Assembly: GCA_963766345.1 (NCBI GenBank)
Contig: CAVXZL010000001.1
Span: 1,911-65,910 of the forward strand
Direction of reading: 5' to 3'
Origin: an uncultured Actinomycetes bacterium
GTDB taxonomy: Bacteria > Actinomycetota > Thermoleophilia > Gaiellales > Gaiellaceae
DNA length: 64,000 bases
The translations under genes were made by a program, and so were the position numbers. Of this stretch, positions 1-8,364 are shown piece after piece. A model generated the notes under the pieces. That model saw nothing but the letters and a program-made list of their open reading frames with translations, was not told the DNA's origin and searched no databases. Numbering within the stretch: the first letter of the stretch is position 1; every line of letters starts with the position of its first letter.

Positions 1-665
1 TGCTCTGGCACAACGCGATCGACCAGGTCGGCGCAGGGCTCGCGACCGTGCTCGGCAACACGCAGGTCGTGCTCGTCGGCCTCATCGCCTGGCTCATCTG
101 GCGCGAGCGGCCGACGACGTCTTCGCTGATCGCGATCCCGGTCGTGCTGTTCGGCGTGATCCTCATCTCCGGCGTGCTCGAGCACGGCGCCTACGGCAAG
201 AATCCGGCGCTCGGCGCGGTCTTCGGCGTCCTCACCGGGCTCGCGTACACCGCGTTCCTGCTCGCGCTGCGACAGGGCGGACGAGGGGTCGTCGGCCCTG
301 CGGGTCCGTTGTTCGACGCGACGCTCGCCTCCGCGATCGGGTGCGCGATCATCGGGCTCGCCGTGGGCGATCTCGACTTGACGCCCTCGCTCGCTGCGCA
401 GGGCTGGCTCGTCCTGCTCGCGCTCAGCTCGCAGGTGCTCGGCTGGCTGCTGATCACGATCTCGCTGCCGCGGCTGCCCGCGGTCGTGACGTCGGTCTCG
501 CTCACGCTGCAGCCCGTCTGCTCGGTGATCTTCGCGGCGCTCATCCTGAGCGAGGCGCCGACCGCGTTGCAGCTTGCAGGCGCGGCCGGGATCCTGTGCG
601 GGCTCGTGATCTCCTCGCTCGGCCGCCGCGCCGCGCCCGCCGCGGAGCCCGAGCTCGCGGGTTGA
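1..665 (+). CDS. EamA/DMT-family transporter, C-terminal part (5' end lies outside the window)
   Basis: The frame is open from base 3. The sequence is strongly hydrophobic and multi-TM (LVGLIAWLIWRERPT, LLITISLPRLPAVVTSVSLTLQPV), typical of EamA repeats. Stop at 663-665. Confidence 0.7.
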   Translation, partial: LWHNAIDQVGAGLATVLGNTQVVLVGLIAWLIWRERPTTSSLIAIPVVLFGVILISGVLEHGAYGKNPALGAVFGVLTGLAYTAFLLALRQGGRGVVGPAGPLFDATLASAIGCAIIGLAVGDLDLTPSLAAQGWLVLLALSSQVLGWLLITISLPRLPAVVTSVSLTLQPVCSVIFAALILSEAPTALQLAGAAGILCGLVISSLGRRAAPAAEPELAG

Positions 666-720
666 GATTCGGCACAGAGTCGGGACGAAGAGCGTCCGCA
701 TCGCGGCGTAACCTGGCCCG

Positions 721-2064
721 GTGGCGAAGACGGCGGTCAAGTACGCGTGCGCGGAATGCGGCTACACCGCCGGGCGGTGGTTCGGCAAGTGCCCGGGCTG
801 CAACGCCTTCGGCACGCTGATCGAGGAGGGGCCGCCTGACGTGCCCGGCGGCGTCGTGGCGCCGAAGCCGCTCCTCCGCCTGGTCGACGTCGACGCCGCC
901 GAAGCCGAGCGCATTCACACCGGCGTCGCCGAGCTCGACCGCGTGCTCGGCGGTGGTCTGGTCCCGGCGTCGCTCGTGCTCGTAGGAGGCGAGCCCGGTG
1001 TAGGCAAGTCGACGCTCTTGCTGATGGCGCTGCGCGCGATGAGCGAGACGCGCCGTGTCGTGCTAGTCACCGGCGAGGAGTCCGTCGCCCAGGTGAAGCT
1101 CCGCGCCGCGCGGCTCGGCGGTGCCGCGAACGTGGAGATCCTCGCCGAGACCGAGCTCGAGACCGTCTGCGCGACGCTCGAGCGCGAGCTGCCTGACGTC
1201 TGCGTGATCGATTCCGTCCAGACGCTGTACGCGTCGGAGCTCGGCTCCGCGCCTGGCTCGGTGGGACAGGTGCGGGAGGCGGCCACGCGCCTGCTGCGCG
1301 TCGCGAAGGAGAACGGCGTCGCGACGATCCTCGTCGGCCACGTGACGAAGGACGGCGCAGTCGCAGGGCCACGCGTCCTCGAGCACCTCGTCGACTGCGT
1401 GCTCCAGTTCGAGGGCGACCGCTACCACGCCCATCGCATCCTCCGCGCCGCGAAGAACCGCTTCGGCTCGACGAACGAGCTCGGCGTCTTCGAGATGACC
1501 GGCGCCGGCCTCGTGGGCGTTCCCGACCCGTCCGCGCTCTTCGGCAAGACCGAGGAAGGCGAGGTCGGAGCAGCCGTCGCATGCGCGCTCGAAGGGACGC
1601 GCCCGCTGCTGCTCGAGATCCAGGCGCTCGTCTCGCCGACCGACCTGGCGATGCCGAGACGAGTCGGCACCGGAGTCGATCCGAAGCGCCTGGCGATGAT
1701 CGTCGCCGTGCTCGGCCGGCATGCCGGCGTCAAGCTGGGCGCAGCGGACGTATTCGTCAACGTAGCCGGCGGCGTTCGCATGGACGAGCCCGGCGGAGAC
1801 CTTGCCGTCGCGCTCGCAATCGCCTCGGCCGCGAAGGGAACGCCTGTACGAAGCGGGCTCGCCGCGTTCGGCGAGATCGGCCTCACCGGCAGGCTCCGCC
1901 CCGCGGCGCAGGCCGAGCGGCGCCTGGAGGAATGCGCGAAGCTCGGGCTCTCGGTCGCGATCGTCCCGGCGGGAACCGCCGCGCGTGGCAAACTCAACGT
2001 GCTGGAGCAGAAGACGCTGGGACACGCGATGAAGGCGGGGCTCGATGCCGGACAGAGCGGATAA
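721..2064 (+). CDS. radA: DNA repair protein RadA/Sms
   Basis: N-terminal zinc ribbon CAECGYTAGRWFGKCPGC, Walker A GEPGVGKST, KNRFG motif, and a Lon-like C-terminal domain. Confidence 0.95.
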   Translation: MAKTAVKYACAECGYTAGRWFGKCPGCNAFGTLIEEGPPDVPGGVVAPKPLLRLVDVDAAEAERIHTGVAELDRVLGGGLVPASLVLVGGEPGVGKSTLLLMALRAMSETRRVVLVTGEESVAQVKLRAARLGGAANVEILAETELETVCATLERELPDVCVIDSVQTLYASELGSAPGSVGQVREAATRLLRVAKENGVATILVGHVTKDGAVAGPRVLEHLVDCVLQFEGDRYHAHRILRAAKNRFGSTNELGVFEMTGAGLVGVPDPSALFGKTEEGEVGAAVACALEGTRPLLLEIQALVSPTDLAMPRRVGTGVDPKRLAMIVAVLGRHAGVKLGAADVFVNVAGGVRMDEPGGDLAVALAIASAAKGTPVRSGLAAFGEIGLTGRLRPAAQAERRLEECAKLGLSVAIVPAGTAARGKLNVLEQKTLGHAMKAGLDAGQSG

Positions 2065-3187
2065 GCAGCAGGTCGGCGCCCTCGGGTTCACGCGCTCGCC
2101 TTCGGAAGACGACCCGCGCCGCGATCCGCGGCTGCTCGCCTCGATCGCCCGCGTCGCGCCCGGCACCGAGCTGAGGCAGGGAATCGAGGACATCATCCGC
2201 TCCCACGAGGGCGCGCTGATCGTGATCGGCGACCCGGAGGCGCTCGCGTTCCTCTATTCGGGCGGCATGCGCCTCGACATCAACTTCACCGCTCAGCAGC
2301 TCTACGAGCTGTCGAAGATGGACGGCGCGATCATCGTCAAGGACAACCTCACGAAGCTCGCGTACGCGAACGTCCAGCTGATGCCCGACCCGACGATCTC
2401 CTCCAACGAGACGGGCACGCGCCACCGAACCGCCGAGCGCGTGGCGAAGCAGACCGGCGCGCTCGTCGTTTCGATCTCCCAGCAGCGGGAGACTGTGACG
2501 ATCTTCCAGGGACGCCAGCGCTACCAGCTCGATCCCGTGCCGATCGTTCTCGCCAAGACGAACCAGGCGCTCGCGACGCTGGACACGTACCGCACGCGCC
2601 TCGAGCAGGTGCTCACGCGGCTGACGGCACTCGAGTTCCAGAACGCAGTCGTTCTCGACGACGTCCTCGTCGTACTGCAGCGCGCCGAGCTGACGACGCG
2701 CATGGCCGAGGAGATCGAGCGCAACTGCGTCGAGCTCGGCTCGGAGGGCCGCCTGATCAGGATGCGCCTCACCGAGCTGCTCGGCGACGTCCCCGGCCAG
2801 AAGGCAGCCGTGGTCAACGACTATCACGCCGCAGGCGCCGGGCCCGAGGCGGTGCTGGCGCAGGAAGGCGTCGCGGCGCTCAGCTACCACGAGCTGCTCG
2901 AGTTCGAGCGGCTCGCGGAAATCCTCGGCTACCCGCGCACGATCAACCCGCTCGACCACAGCGTGTCGCCCCGCGGTTACCGGGTGCTGTCGAACATCCC
3001 GCGCCTTCCGCCGAGCGTGGTCCAGAAGGTCGTGGCCGATATGGACGGCCTCGACGCGATCGTCCGCGCCTCCCAGCGCGACCTCGAAGCTGTGCAGGGC
3101 GTGGGCACCGCGCGGGCTCGAGACATCCGCGAGGGGCTCCGTCGGCTCCAGGAACACAACCTCGTCGACCGCTACCTGCAGCTCTAG
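2045..3187 (+). CDS. disA: DNA integrity scanning protein DisA (diadenylate cyclase)
   Basis: DAC-domain motifs (HEGALIVIGD, DGAIIV, TGTRHRTAERV) and a C-terminal HhH (VQGVGTARARDIREGL). It follows radA with a 20-nt overlap, which is the classical radA-disA pairing. Confidence 0.9.
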   Translation: MPDRADKQQVGALGFTRSPSEDDPRRDPRLLASIARVAPGTELRQGIEDIIRSHEGALIVIGDPEALAFLYSGGMRLDINFTAQQLYELSKMDGAIIVKDNLTKLAYANVQLMPDPTISSNETGTRHRTAERVAKQTGALVVSISQQRETVTIFQGRQRYQLDPVPIVLAKTNQALATLDTYRTRLEQVLTRLTALEFQNAVVLDDVLVVLQRAELTTRMAEEIERNCVELGSEGRLIRMRLTELLGDVPGQKAAVVNDYHAAGAGPEAVLAQEGVAALSYHELLEFERLAEILGYPRTINPLDHSVSPRGYRVLSNIPRLPPSVVQKVVADMDGLDAIVRASQRDLEAVQGVGTARARDIREGLRRLQEHNLVDRYLQL

Positions 3188-3200
3188 CTCGCTACGAGCA

Positions 3201-3246
3201 GGGACTTTGCAGAAAAGTAGCCGATTTGCGGGACTTTTGATACACT
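3201..3246 (+). promoter_or_regulatory. Putative carD promoter region: direct repeat GGGACTTT (3201-3208, 3230-3237) and an extended -10 TGaTACACT (3238-3246)
   Basis: This is the only clearly AT-richer intergenic tract in the area. The TG-n-TACACT element lies about 75 nt upstream of the carD TTG start. No good -35 was found. Confidence 0.3.
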
Positions 3247-3322
3247 CTTAACCACTGCGCCGGGGGCGTCTTCGCCGTCGGCGTCTTGCCGAGTAGACCC
3301 ACGACCCGTAGGGGAGGAAGGC

Positions 3323-3892
3323 TTGTTCAAGGTCGGCGACAAGGTGGTGTATCCGCACCACGGAGCAGGCACGATCGTCAAGAAGGAAAAGCGCGTCGTC
3401 CTGGGGGAGAAGCGCGAGTACCTGACGATCAAGATCCTGCACAACGACATGACCGTCAACGTTCCGTGCGAGAACGCCGAGGCCGTCGGCCTCAGGCAGG
3501 TCATCGACGAAGAGATGGTCAAGAAAGTCACCAAGGCACTGACCGGCGGCGGCACTGCGATGCCCAAGAACTGGAACCGCCGCTTCAAGCACAACCGCGA
3601 CAAGATGAAGACCGGCGACATCTTCGAGCTTGCCGAGGTCGTCCGGAACCTGTCGCTCCGCGATCACGAGAAGGGCCTCTCCACGGGTGAGAAGCAGATG
3701 TTCGTGAAGGCCAAGAAGATCCTCGCGTCCGAGCTCATGTACGCGAAGAGCCTCGACGAGGAGGCCGCCGCCGACTGGCTCGACGACGTGCTCTCCACGA
3801 ACGGCACGAACGGAACGAACGGCACGAAGAAGACGACGGCGACGGCGAAGACGGCGTCGACCACCAAGACGAAGGCCGGCGCGGCCGCATAG
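3323..3892 (+). CDS. carD: CarD-family RNA-polymerase-binding transcription regulator
   Basis: TTG start preceded by the SD GGGGAGGAAGG. The N-terminus FKVGDKVVYPHHGAGTI...REYLTIKI matches the CarD/TRCF RID fold. The tail is low-complexity and rich in NGT/T/K. Confidence 0.9.
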   Translation: MFKVGDKVVYPHHGAGTIVKKEKRVVLGEKREYLTIKILHNDMTVNVPCENAEAVGLRQVIDEEMVKKVTKALTGGGTAMPKNWNRRFKHNRDKMKTGDIFELAEVVRNLSLRDHEKGLSTGEKQMFVKAKKILASELMYAKSLDEEAAADWLDDVLSTNGTNGTNGTKKTTATAKTASTTKTKAGAAA

Positions 3893-3893
3893 C

Positions 3894-4550
3894 GTGAGCG
3901 TGTGGGCCGTTCTCGCCGCGGCTGGACGGGGCGAGCGGCTCGGCGACGACCGTCCGAAGGCGTTTGCGCGGCTCGGCAACCTCCCGCTGGTTGCGGAGCC
4001 GCTGCGGCGCCTGGACGACTCCGACTGGATCGACGGCATCATCGTCGCCGCTCCGCCGGGCTGGGAGGAGCCCGTCATCGTGCTCGCGGAGGAGCTCGCC
4101 GCCGGAAAGGTGCGGTCGGTGGTGACGGGTGCCGACACGCGCGCGGGCTCGGTCCGGAGCGCGCTCGCGGAGATTCCCGACGAGGCGGCCGTGATCGTCG
4201 TGCACGACGCGGCTCGACCGCTCGTGAGCGACGAGGTGCTCGGCCGGGTGATCGCGCCGTTGTCCGAGGGGTACGACGGTGCGGTGCCGGTGCTTCCCGT
4301 GGCGGACACCGTGAAGCGCGTCGAGCGGGACGAGGTGGTGGAGACACTCGACCGCAACGGGCTCGTCGTGTCGCAGACGCCGCAAGCCTTCCTCGCGGAC
4401 GCGCTCCGCCGCGCTGCTTCGGGCGAGGGAACCGACTGCGCCGCCCTCGTCGAGGCCCAGGGCGGCCGGATCAAGGCCGTCGAGGGCGACCCGCGGCTCG
4501 TCAAGGTCACTTCGCCGGCGGATCTCGAGCTGGTGGCGTCATGGCTGTGA
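3894..4550 (+). CDS. ispD: 2-C-methyl-D-erythritol 4-phosphate cytidylyltransferase
   Basis: Motifs AVLAAAGRGERLG, VHDAARPL and ADTVKRV. The length is typical for IspD. Confidence 0.9.
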   Translation: MSVWAVLAAAGRGERLGDDRPKAFARLGNLPLVAEPLRRLDDSDWIDGIIVAAPPGWEEPVIVLAEELAAGKVRSVVTGADTRAGSVRSALAEIPDEAAVIVVHDAARPLVSDEVLGRVIAPLSEGYDGAVPVLPVADTVKRVERDEVVETLDRNGLVVSQTPQAFLADALRRAASGEGTDCAALVEAQGGRIKAVEGDPRLVKVTSPADLELVASWL

Positions 4551-5122
4551 GGGCCGCCGTGTTCGACGTCGGCGAGACGCTGCTCGACGAGACGGCGCTC
4601 TGGGAGAGCGCCGCGGACACCGCGGGGGTTCCGCGTTTCACGCTGATGGGCCTCCTGGGCGGGCTCGCCGCCCGCGGCGAGCCGCACTCGAACGTCTGGG
4701 AGATCCTCGGCGTCGAGCGCCCGGCGACGTCGTGGCCCGGCGACGGTTTCTACCCCGACGCGCTGCCGACCCTGCGCCTGCTCCGTGCGCGCGGCGTCAT
4801 CGTCGGCGCGGTGGGCAACACGCCCGTGGAGGCCGAGGAGCTTCTGCGCGAACACGTCGACTTCGTCGGCTCGTCGGCACGATGGGGTGTCGAGAAGCCG
4901 GCGGTCGCGTTCTTCGAGCAGGTCGCCGCCGAGGCCGGCGTGCCCGCCACGGAGATCGCCTACGTCGGAGACCGCGTCGACAACGACGTCGTCCCGGCGC
5001 TCGCGGCGGGGATGGTTGCCGTGCACATCCGGCGCGGCCCGTGGGGGCACCTCCACGAGCCGCCGGCAGCCGCCCTTCGCGTCGCGAGCCTCGCCGAGCT
5101 ACCCCGGGTACTCGGTGTCTGA
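4541..5122 (+). CDS. HAD-superfamily hydrolase
   Basis: Motif I FDVGETL, a K in VEKP, and motif IV VGDRVDNDV. The ATG at 4541 overlaps the ispD stop by 10 nt, and the 3' end overlaps the ispF start by 8 nt. Confidence 0.75.
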   Translation: MAVRAAVFDVGETLLDETALWESAADTAGVPRFTLMGLLGGLAARGEPHSNVWEILGVERPATSWPGDGFYPDALPTLRLLRARGVIVGAVGNTPVEAEELLREHVDFVGSSARWGVEKPAVAFFEQVAAEAGVPATEIAYVGDRVDNDVVPALAAGMVAVHIRRGPWGHLHEPPAAALRVASLAELPRVLGV

Positions 5123-5603
5123 GCTCCGGATCGGCACCGGCGTCGATGCGCATGCCCTCGAGCCGGGTGTGCCGCTCGTGCTCGGCGGGGTCTCGTTCGA
5201 CTCGCCGCGCGGGCTCGCCGGCCACTCCGACGGCGACGTGATCACGCACGCGCTGATCGACGCGTTGCTCGGCGCGGCCGCGCTCGGCGATATCGGAGCG
5301 ATGTTCCCGCCGGACGATCCCGAGCTCAAGGGCGTCTCGTCCGTGAAGCTGCTGCGCGAGGCCTACGGGCAGGTGCGCCGCGCGGGCTACGAGCTCGTGA
5401 ACGCGGACGTCGTCTTCATCGGCCAGGAGCCGCGGCTCGCGCCGGTTCGCGCGCAGATGCAGGAGACGCTCGCCGCGGCGCTCGACCTCGACGACCAGGC
5501 GAGGATCTCCGTGCGCGCCACGACGACGGACGGCTTGGGCTTCACCGGCCGGGGCGAGGGCCTTGCGGCGCAGGCCGTCGCGCTGCTCGAGCGGACTACC
5601 TAG
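5115..5603 (+). CDS. ispF: 2-C-methyl-D-erythritol 2,4-cyclodiphosphate synthase
   Basis: GTG start. Motifs IGTGVDAHAL, GHSDGDVITHALIDALLGA and TTTDGLGFTGRGEG. Confidence 0.9.
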   Translation: MSELRIGTGVDAHALEPGVPLVLGGVSFDSPRGLAGHSDGDVITHALIDALLGAAALGDIGAMFPPDDPELKGVSSVKLLREAYGQVRRAGYELVNADVVFIGQEPRLAPVRAQMQETLAAALDLDDQARISVRATTTDGLGFTGRGEGLAAQAVALLERTT

Positions 5604-6003
5604 CGCGCCGCTTCGCGCGCTCGAGCCGCCGCCGCTGCTCGCGGCTGAGCCCTTCGGGCACGATCCCCTGCTGCTCCTGCATGTCGAGCACGGCCTTCCG
5701 CTCCTTCGCCGACAGCTGGGACATCGCCTGCTGCGCCTTCAGCGGATCGTTGGTCGCGCCGCCGTATCGCTTCAGCTTCTTCATCGCGCTCGCGAGCTCC
5801 GGGTTCGACCGCTCCATAGCCGCCTCGGAGGCCTTCTCCAGCAGGCCGCGGAGGAACGGCACCTTCGCCATCGTCGTGAACAGCGGCCGGAGGTAGCGAC
5901 CGCCCTTGATCCGCGAGAGGACGAACAGGATCCCGAAGACGAGCGCGACCCCGAGCAGGATCCAGACTGGGAGCAGGATGAGCCAGGGCACGGCGAGCAG
6001 CAC
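5596..6003 (-). CDS. Hypothetical membrane-anchored protein
   Basis: An N-terminal TM helix (LLAVPWLILLPVWILLGVALVFGILFVL) is followed by a charged helical region. It begins 11 nt downstream of the AhpD-like ORF on the same strand. Confidence 0.5.
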   Translation of the reverse strand: MLLAVPWLILLPVWILLGVALVFGILFVLSRIKGGRYLRPLFTTMAKVPFLRGLLEKASEAAMERSNPELASAMKKLKRYGGATNDPLKAQQAMSQLSAKERKAVLDMQEQQGIVPEGLSREQRRRLERAKRRAR

Positions 6004-6014
6004 GGGTGCCCAGA

Positions 6015-6563
6015 TTAGCCGCTCTCGAGCGCATATCCGCTCGCGAGCATCGCGTCGGCCCGCTCGAAGAACGACTCGAAGGACGGGATGTCCCAGCCGA
6101 GCGAGTCGGCGAGGCGGACGATCATGCTGAAGAGCGCGCAGATGTGGATCGCGTCCACGAGCGCCTCGTCGGAGACGCCAGCCGCGCGCACGGCGTCCGC
6201 ATCGGCGCGGGTCACCTCATCCGGCTCGAGCGTCAGCTTCTCGAGGAAGCCGAGCGTCGCAGCGAGGCGCTTCGACACCGGCGCCGTTCGCCAGTCGCGC
6301 CGAACGGCTTCCCAGACCTCCTCGCCGAGCGCGTACGACGCGACCGCGCCGTGGGCGTTCGTTCAGAACACGCACTGGTTGAGCGACGACACGAACGCGG
6401 CGAACAGCTCCCGCTCGCCGTCGCTCCAGTCCGACGGCCCGCGCAACGCGAGCTCCAGCGCGTCCGAGTACGGCCGCCCGAAGAGCTCGGGCCGGTAATG
6501 GAGCGTCTTCAGCACACCGAGGGGCCTCGGCGCGGGAGCGGCATCGACGACGGCGAGCCTCAC
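6015..6563 (-). CDS. AhpD/carboxymuconolactone-decarboxylase-family peroxidase-related protein, predicted selenoprotein (UGA at 6363-6365 decoded as Sec)
   Basis: The tail of track ORF 6363..6824 and track ORF 6015..6278 share one frame and are separated only by a TGA. Read-through gives ERELFAAFVSSLNQCVF-U-TNAHGAVASY, which is the family N-x-C-x-x-C-x-x-x-H motif with Sec at the second Cys. The GTG start at 6563 overlaps the upstream stop (GTGA). Confidence 0.7.
6335..6352 (-). promoter_or_regulatory. SECIS-like hairpin downstream of the UGA in the AhpD-like gene
   Basis: The RNA ACGGCGC-GGUC-GCGUCGU forms a 7-bp stem including one G-U pair. It starts 11 nt after the UGA and has GGU in the apical loop. 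Confidence 0.5.
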
Positions 6564-6802
6564 AGTGCCCCCAGCCCCGCTTCGAGCCGAACCAGTCCCG
6601 CCGCGACCGCCGTCGAGACCGTGTGCTCGAAGATCTGATCCTCGGAGAAGCCCGCGTCCTTCAGGGACTGCACGTCGGCGTCCGTGACGCGGTACGCGTG
6701 GAGGCGTACCTTCTCGAGATACGACGCGAGCTCCGGCGGCGCCGGCCGCTCGGGGCGCGCGGCGCGCCGCAGCTCCTCGATGAGCGGGTCGTAACGCGTC
6801 AC
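6560..6802 (-). CDS. Small CMD/AhpD-like domain protein (C-terminal-half-like, no CxxC)
   Basis: 80 aa. The segment YRVTDADVQSLKDAGFSEDQIFEHTVSTAV resembles the distal helices of CMD-family proteins. There are GTGA overlaps at both ends. Confidence 0.5.
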   Translation of the reverse strand: MTRYDPLIEELRRAARPERPAPPELASYLEKVRLHAYRVTDADVQSLKDAGFSEDQIFEHTVSTAVAAGLVRLEAGLGAL

Positions 6803-7506
6803 GCGGGCACCGTGACGCTCTCACCCTCGACGCGCACGAGACCGTCGCGCGCGAGCGCGGCGATCGCCTCCGCGTCGTCCGAAGACCCTCCGGCGAGGAC
6901 CGCGCGCAACGCGTGCGCCCGCCGCTGCCGAAACGAGCCCTCGAACGGCGACTGCTTGCGGAGCGGCTCGTAGCGGCGACCGACGGACGGACACCGCTCT
7001 GCCAACGGGCACACGCCGCAGCGAGGCACGCGTGCGAGGCAAACGGTCGCTCCGAGATCCATCAGCGCGTGTGCGTTGCCGGCGGCGAACGTGTGGCCCG
7101 TGCGTTCCTCGACGCGGCGCACGTTCGTGTCGCGCGGAAGCTCGTCGTCGCCGAACGCGAAGTTGCGCACGGCCGCAGCCGTGTACTCGCCGACGCCGGG
7201 CAGGCTCGCAAGGTCATCCGGCCAGCCGCCGGCGGCGACGGCTCGCGCCGCTCGCTGGAGGTTCAGCGCCCGACGGTTGTAACCGAGCCCCTGCCACTCG
7301 CACAGGACGTCTGCCGTCTCGGCAGCGGCGAGAGCCTCGATCGTCGGCCAGCGCTCGAGCCAGCGCAGGTATCGCGGCACGACGCGTGCCACCTGCGTCT
7401 GTTGCAGCATCACCTCGCTCACCAGGATCGAGTACGGATCACGGGTCCTGCGCCACGGCAGATCTCGCCCGTTTTCGCTGAACCAGTCCGAAAGCAGCTC
7501 GTCCAC
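6799..7506 (-). CDS. mutY: HhH-GPD adenine DNA glycosylase, MutY-like short form with a 4Fe-4S loop
   Basis: Motifs LPWRRTRDPYSILVSEVMLQQTQV, WQGLGYNRRA, LPGVGEYTAAAV and the Fe-S loop CLARVPRCGVCPLAERC. The GTG at 7506 is preferred as the start. The track ORF extends to 7641 through an Arg/Pro-rich, non-homologous N-terminus. Confidence 0.8.
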   Translation of the reverse strand: MDELLSDWFSENGRDLPWRRTRDPYSILVSEVMLQQTQVARVVPRYLRWLERWPTIEALAAAETADVLCEWQGLGYNRRALNLQRAARAVAAGGWPDDLASLPGVGEYTAAAVRNFAFGDDELPRDTNVRRVEERTGHTFAAGNAHALMDLGATVCLARVPRCGVCPLAERCPSVGRRYEPLRKQSPFEGSFRQRRAHALRAVLAGGSSDDAEAIAALARDGLVRVEGESVTVPA

Positions 7507-7643
7507 AGGATCGAGCCTACTTCGGCGCCCGGTCGCACACGACGGCTTCTTGCCCGACGCGTTAGCTTTCGGATCTCTACCCGGTCGAGGCGGCGGTGTG
7601 GGAATCCGCCTGATCGCCATCGCCGGGGGAAAGGGGTTCACGG

Positions 7644-8357
7644 GTGTCCGCGGATCAGAAGAGGGCGCGCTGGTTCGGCGTGCTCTACCTCATCACGTTC
7701 GCCACGTCGATCCCGGCGCTGGTGCTGTACGAGCCTGCGCTGCGTCATCCGGTGGGCTTCGTGGCAGGCGGGGGGACCGTCAACAAGATCTACCTGGGCG
7801 CGCTGCTGGAGCTGCTGCTGATCGTCGCGAACATCGGCACCGCTGTCGTGATCGTCCCCATCATGAGGCGGCAGTTCGAGGAGCTGTCGATCGGTTACGT
7901 GACGGCGAGGATCGTCGAGTGCACGTTCATTCTCGTCGGCATCGTCTGCATGCTGGGGATCGCCACCTTGCAGCAAGAGGCTGCGGGCGCGTCCGAAGGG
8001 ACGGTTGCGTACACCCTCGCCGCGCTCAAGGACTGGACGTTCCTGCTCGGGCCCGGCTGGGTCGTCGGCTTGGGGAACGGGTTGATCCTCGGATACATGA
8101 TGTACCGGTCACGGCTCGTGCCCAGAGCGGCGACGTGGCTCGGGCTCGTCGGTGGGCCGCTGATCATCATCTCCGGGACGGTCGTGATGTTCGGAGGAGA
8201 TCACGGGGCGGGCTCCTTCCAGGGCCTCGCGACGATCCCGGAGGGCCTGTGGGAGCTTTTCCTCGGCGTCTACTGCACGATCTGGGGTTTCAGGCGCGAT
8301 GCCCCGATCCTTTCCGGGGCCGCAGGGAAGGAGCGTGCCGGCCGGGGCCGAAAGTAG
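7644..8357 (+). CDS. DUF4386-like integral membrane protein
   Basis: GTG start after the SD GGGAAAGGGG. It has about 6 TM helices, and the N-terminal segment ARWFGVLYLITF and overall layout resemble DUF4386. Confidence 0.6.
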   Translation: MSADQKRARWFGVLYLITFATSIPALVLYEPALRHPVGFVAGGGTVNKIYLGALLELLLIVANIGTAVVIVPIMRRQFEELSIGYVTARIVECTFILVGIVCMLGIATLQQEAAGASEGTVAYTLAALKDWTFLLGPGWVVGLGNGLILGYMMYRSRLVPRAATWLGLVGGPLIIISGTVVMFGGDHGAGSFQGLATIPEGLWELFLGVYCTIWGFRRDAPILSGAAGKERAGRGRK

Positions 8358-8364
8358 TTCGGCC

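Noticed and set aside
3248-5056. 602-aa minus-strand ORF across carD-ispD-HAD (likewise 1063..2196, 1994..3157, 8371..9621, 15939..17816, 25626..26657, 45150..46673, 46763..48856, 49437..50681, 59913..61835)
   Set aside because: All are antisense to genes with clear family motifs. Their translations are Arg/Ala/Pro/Gly-rich with no recognisable domains, as expected at ~70% GC.
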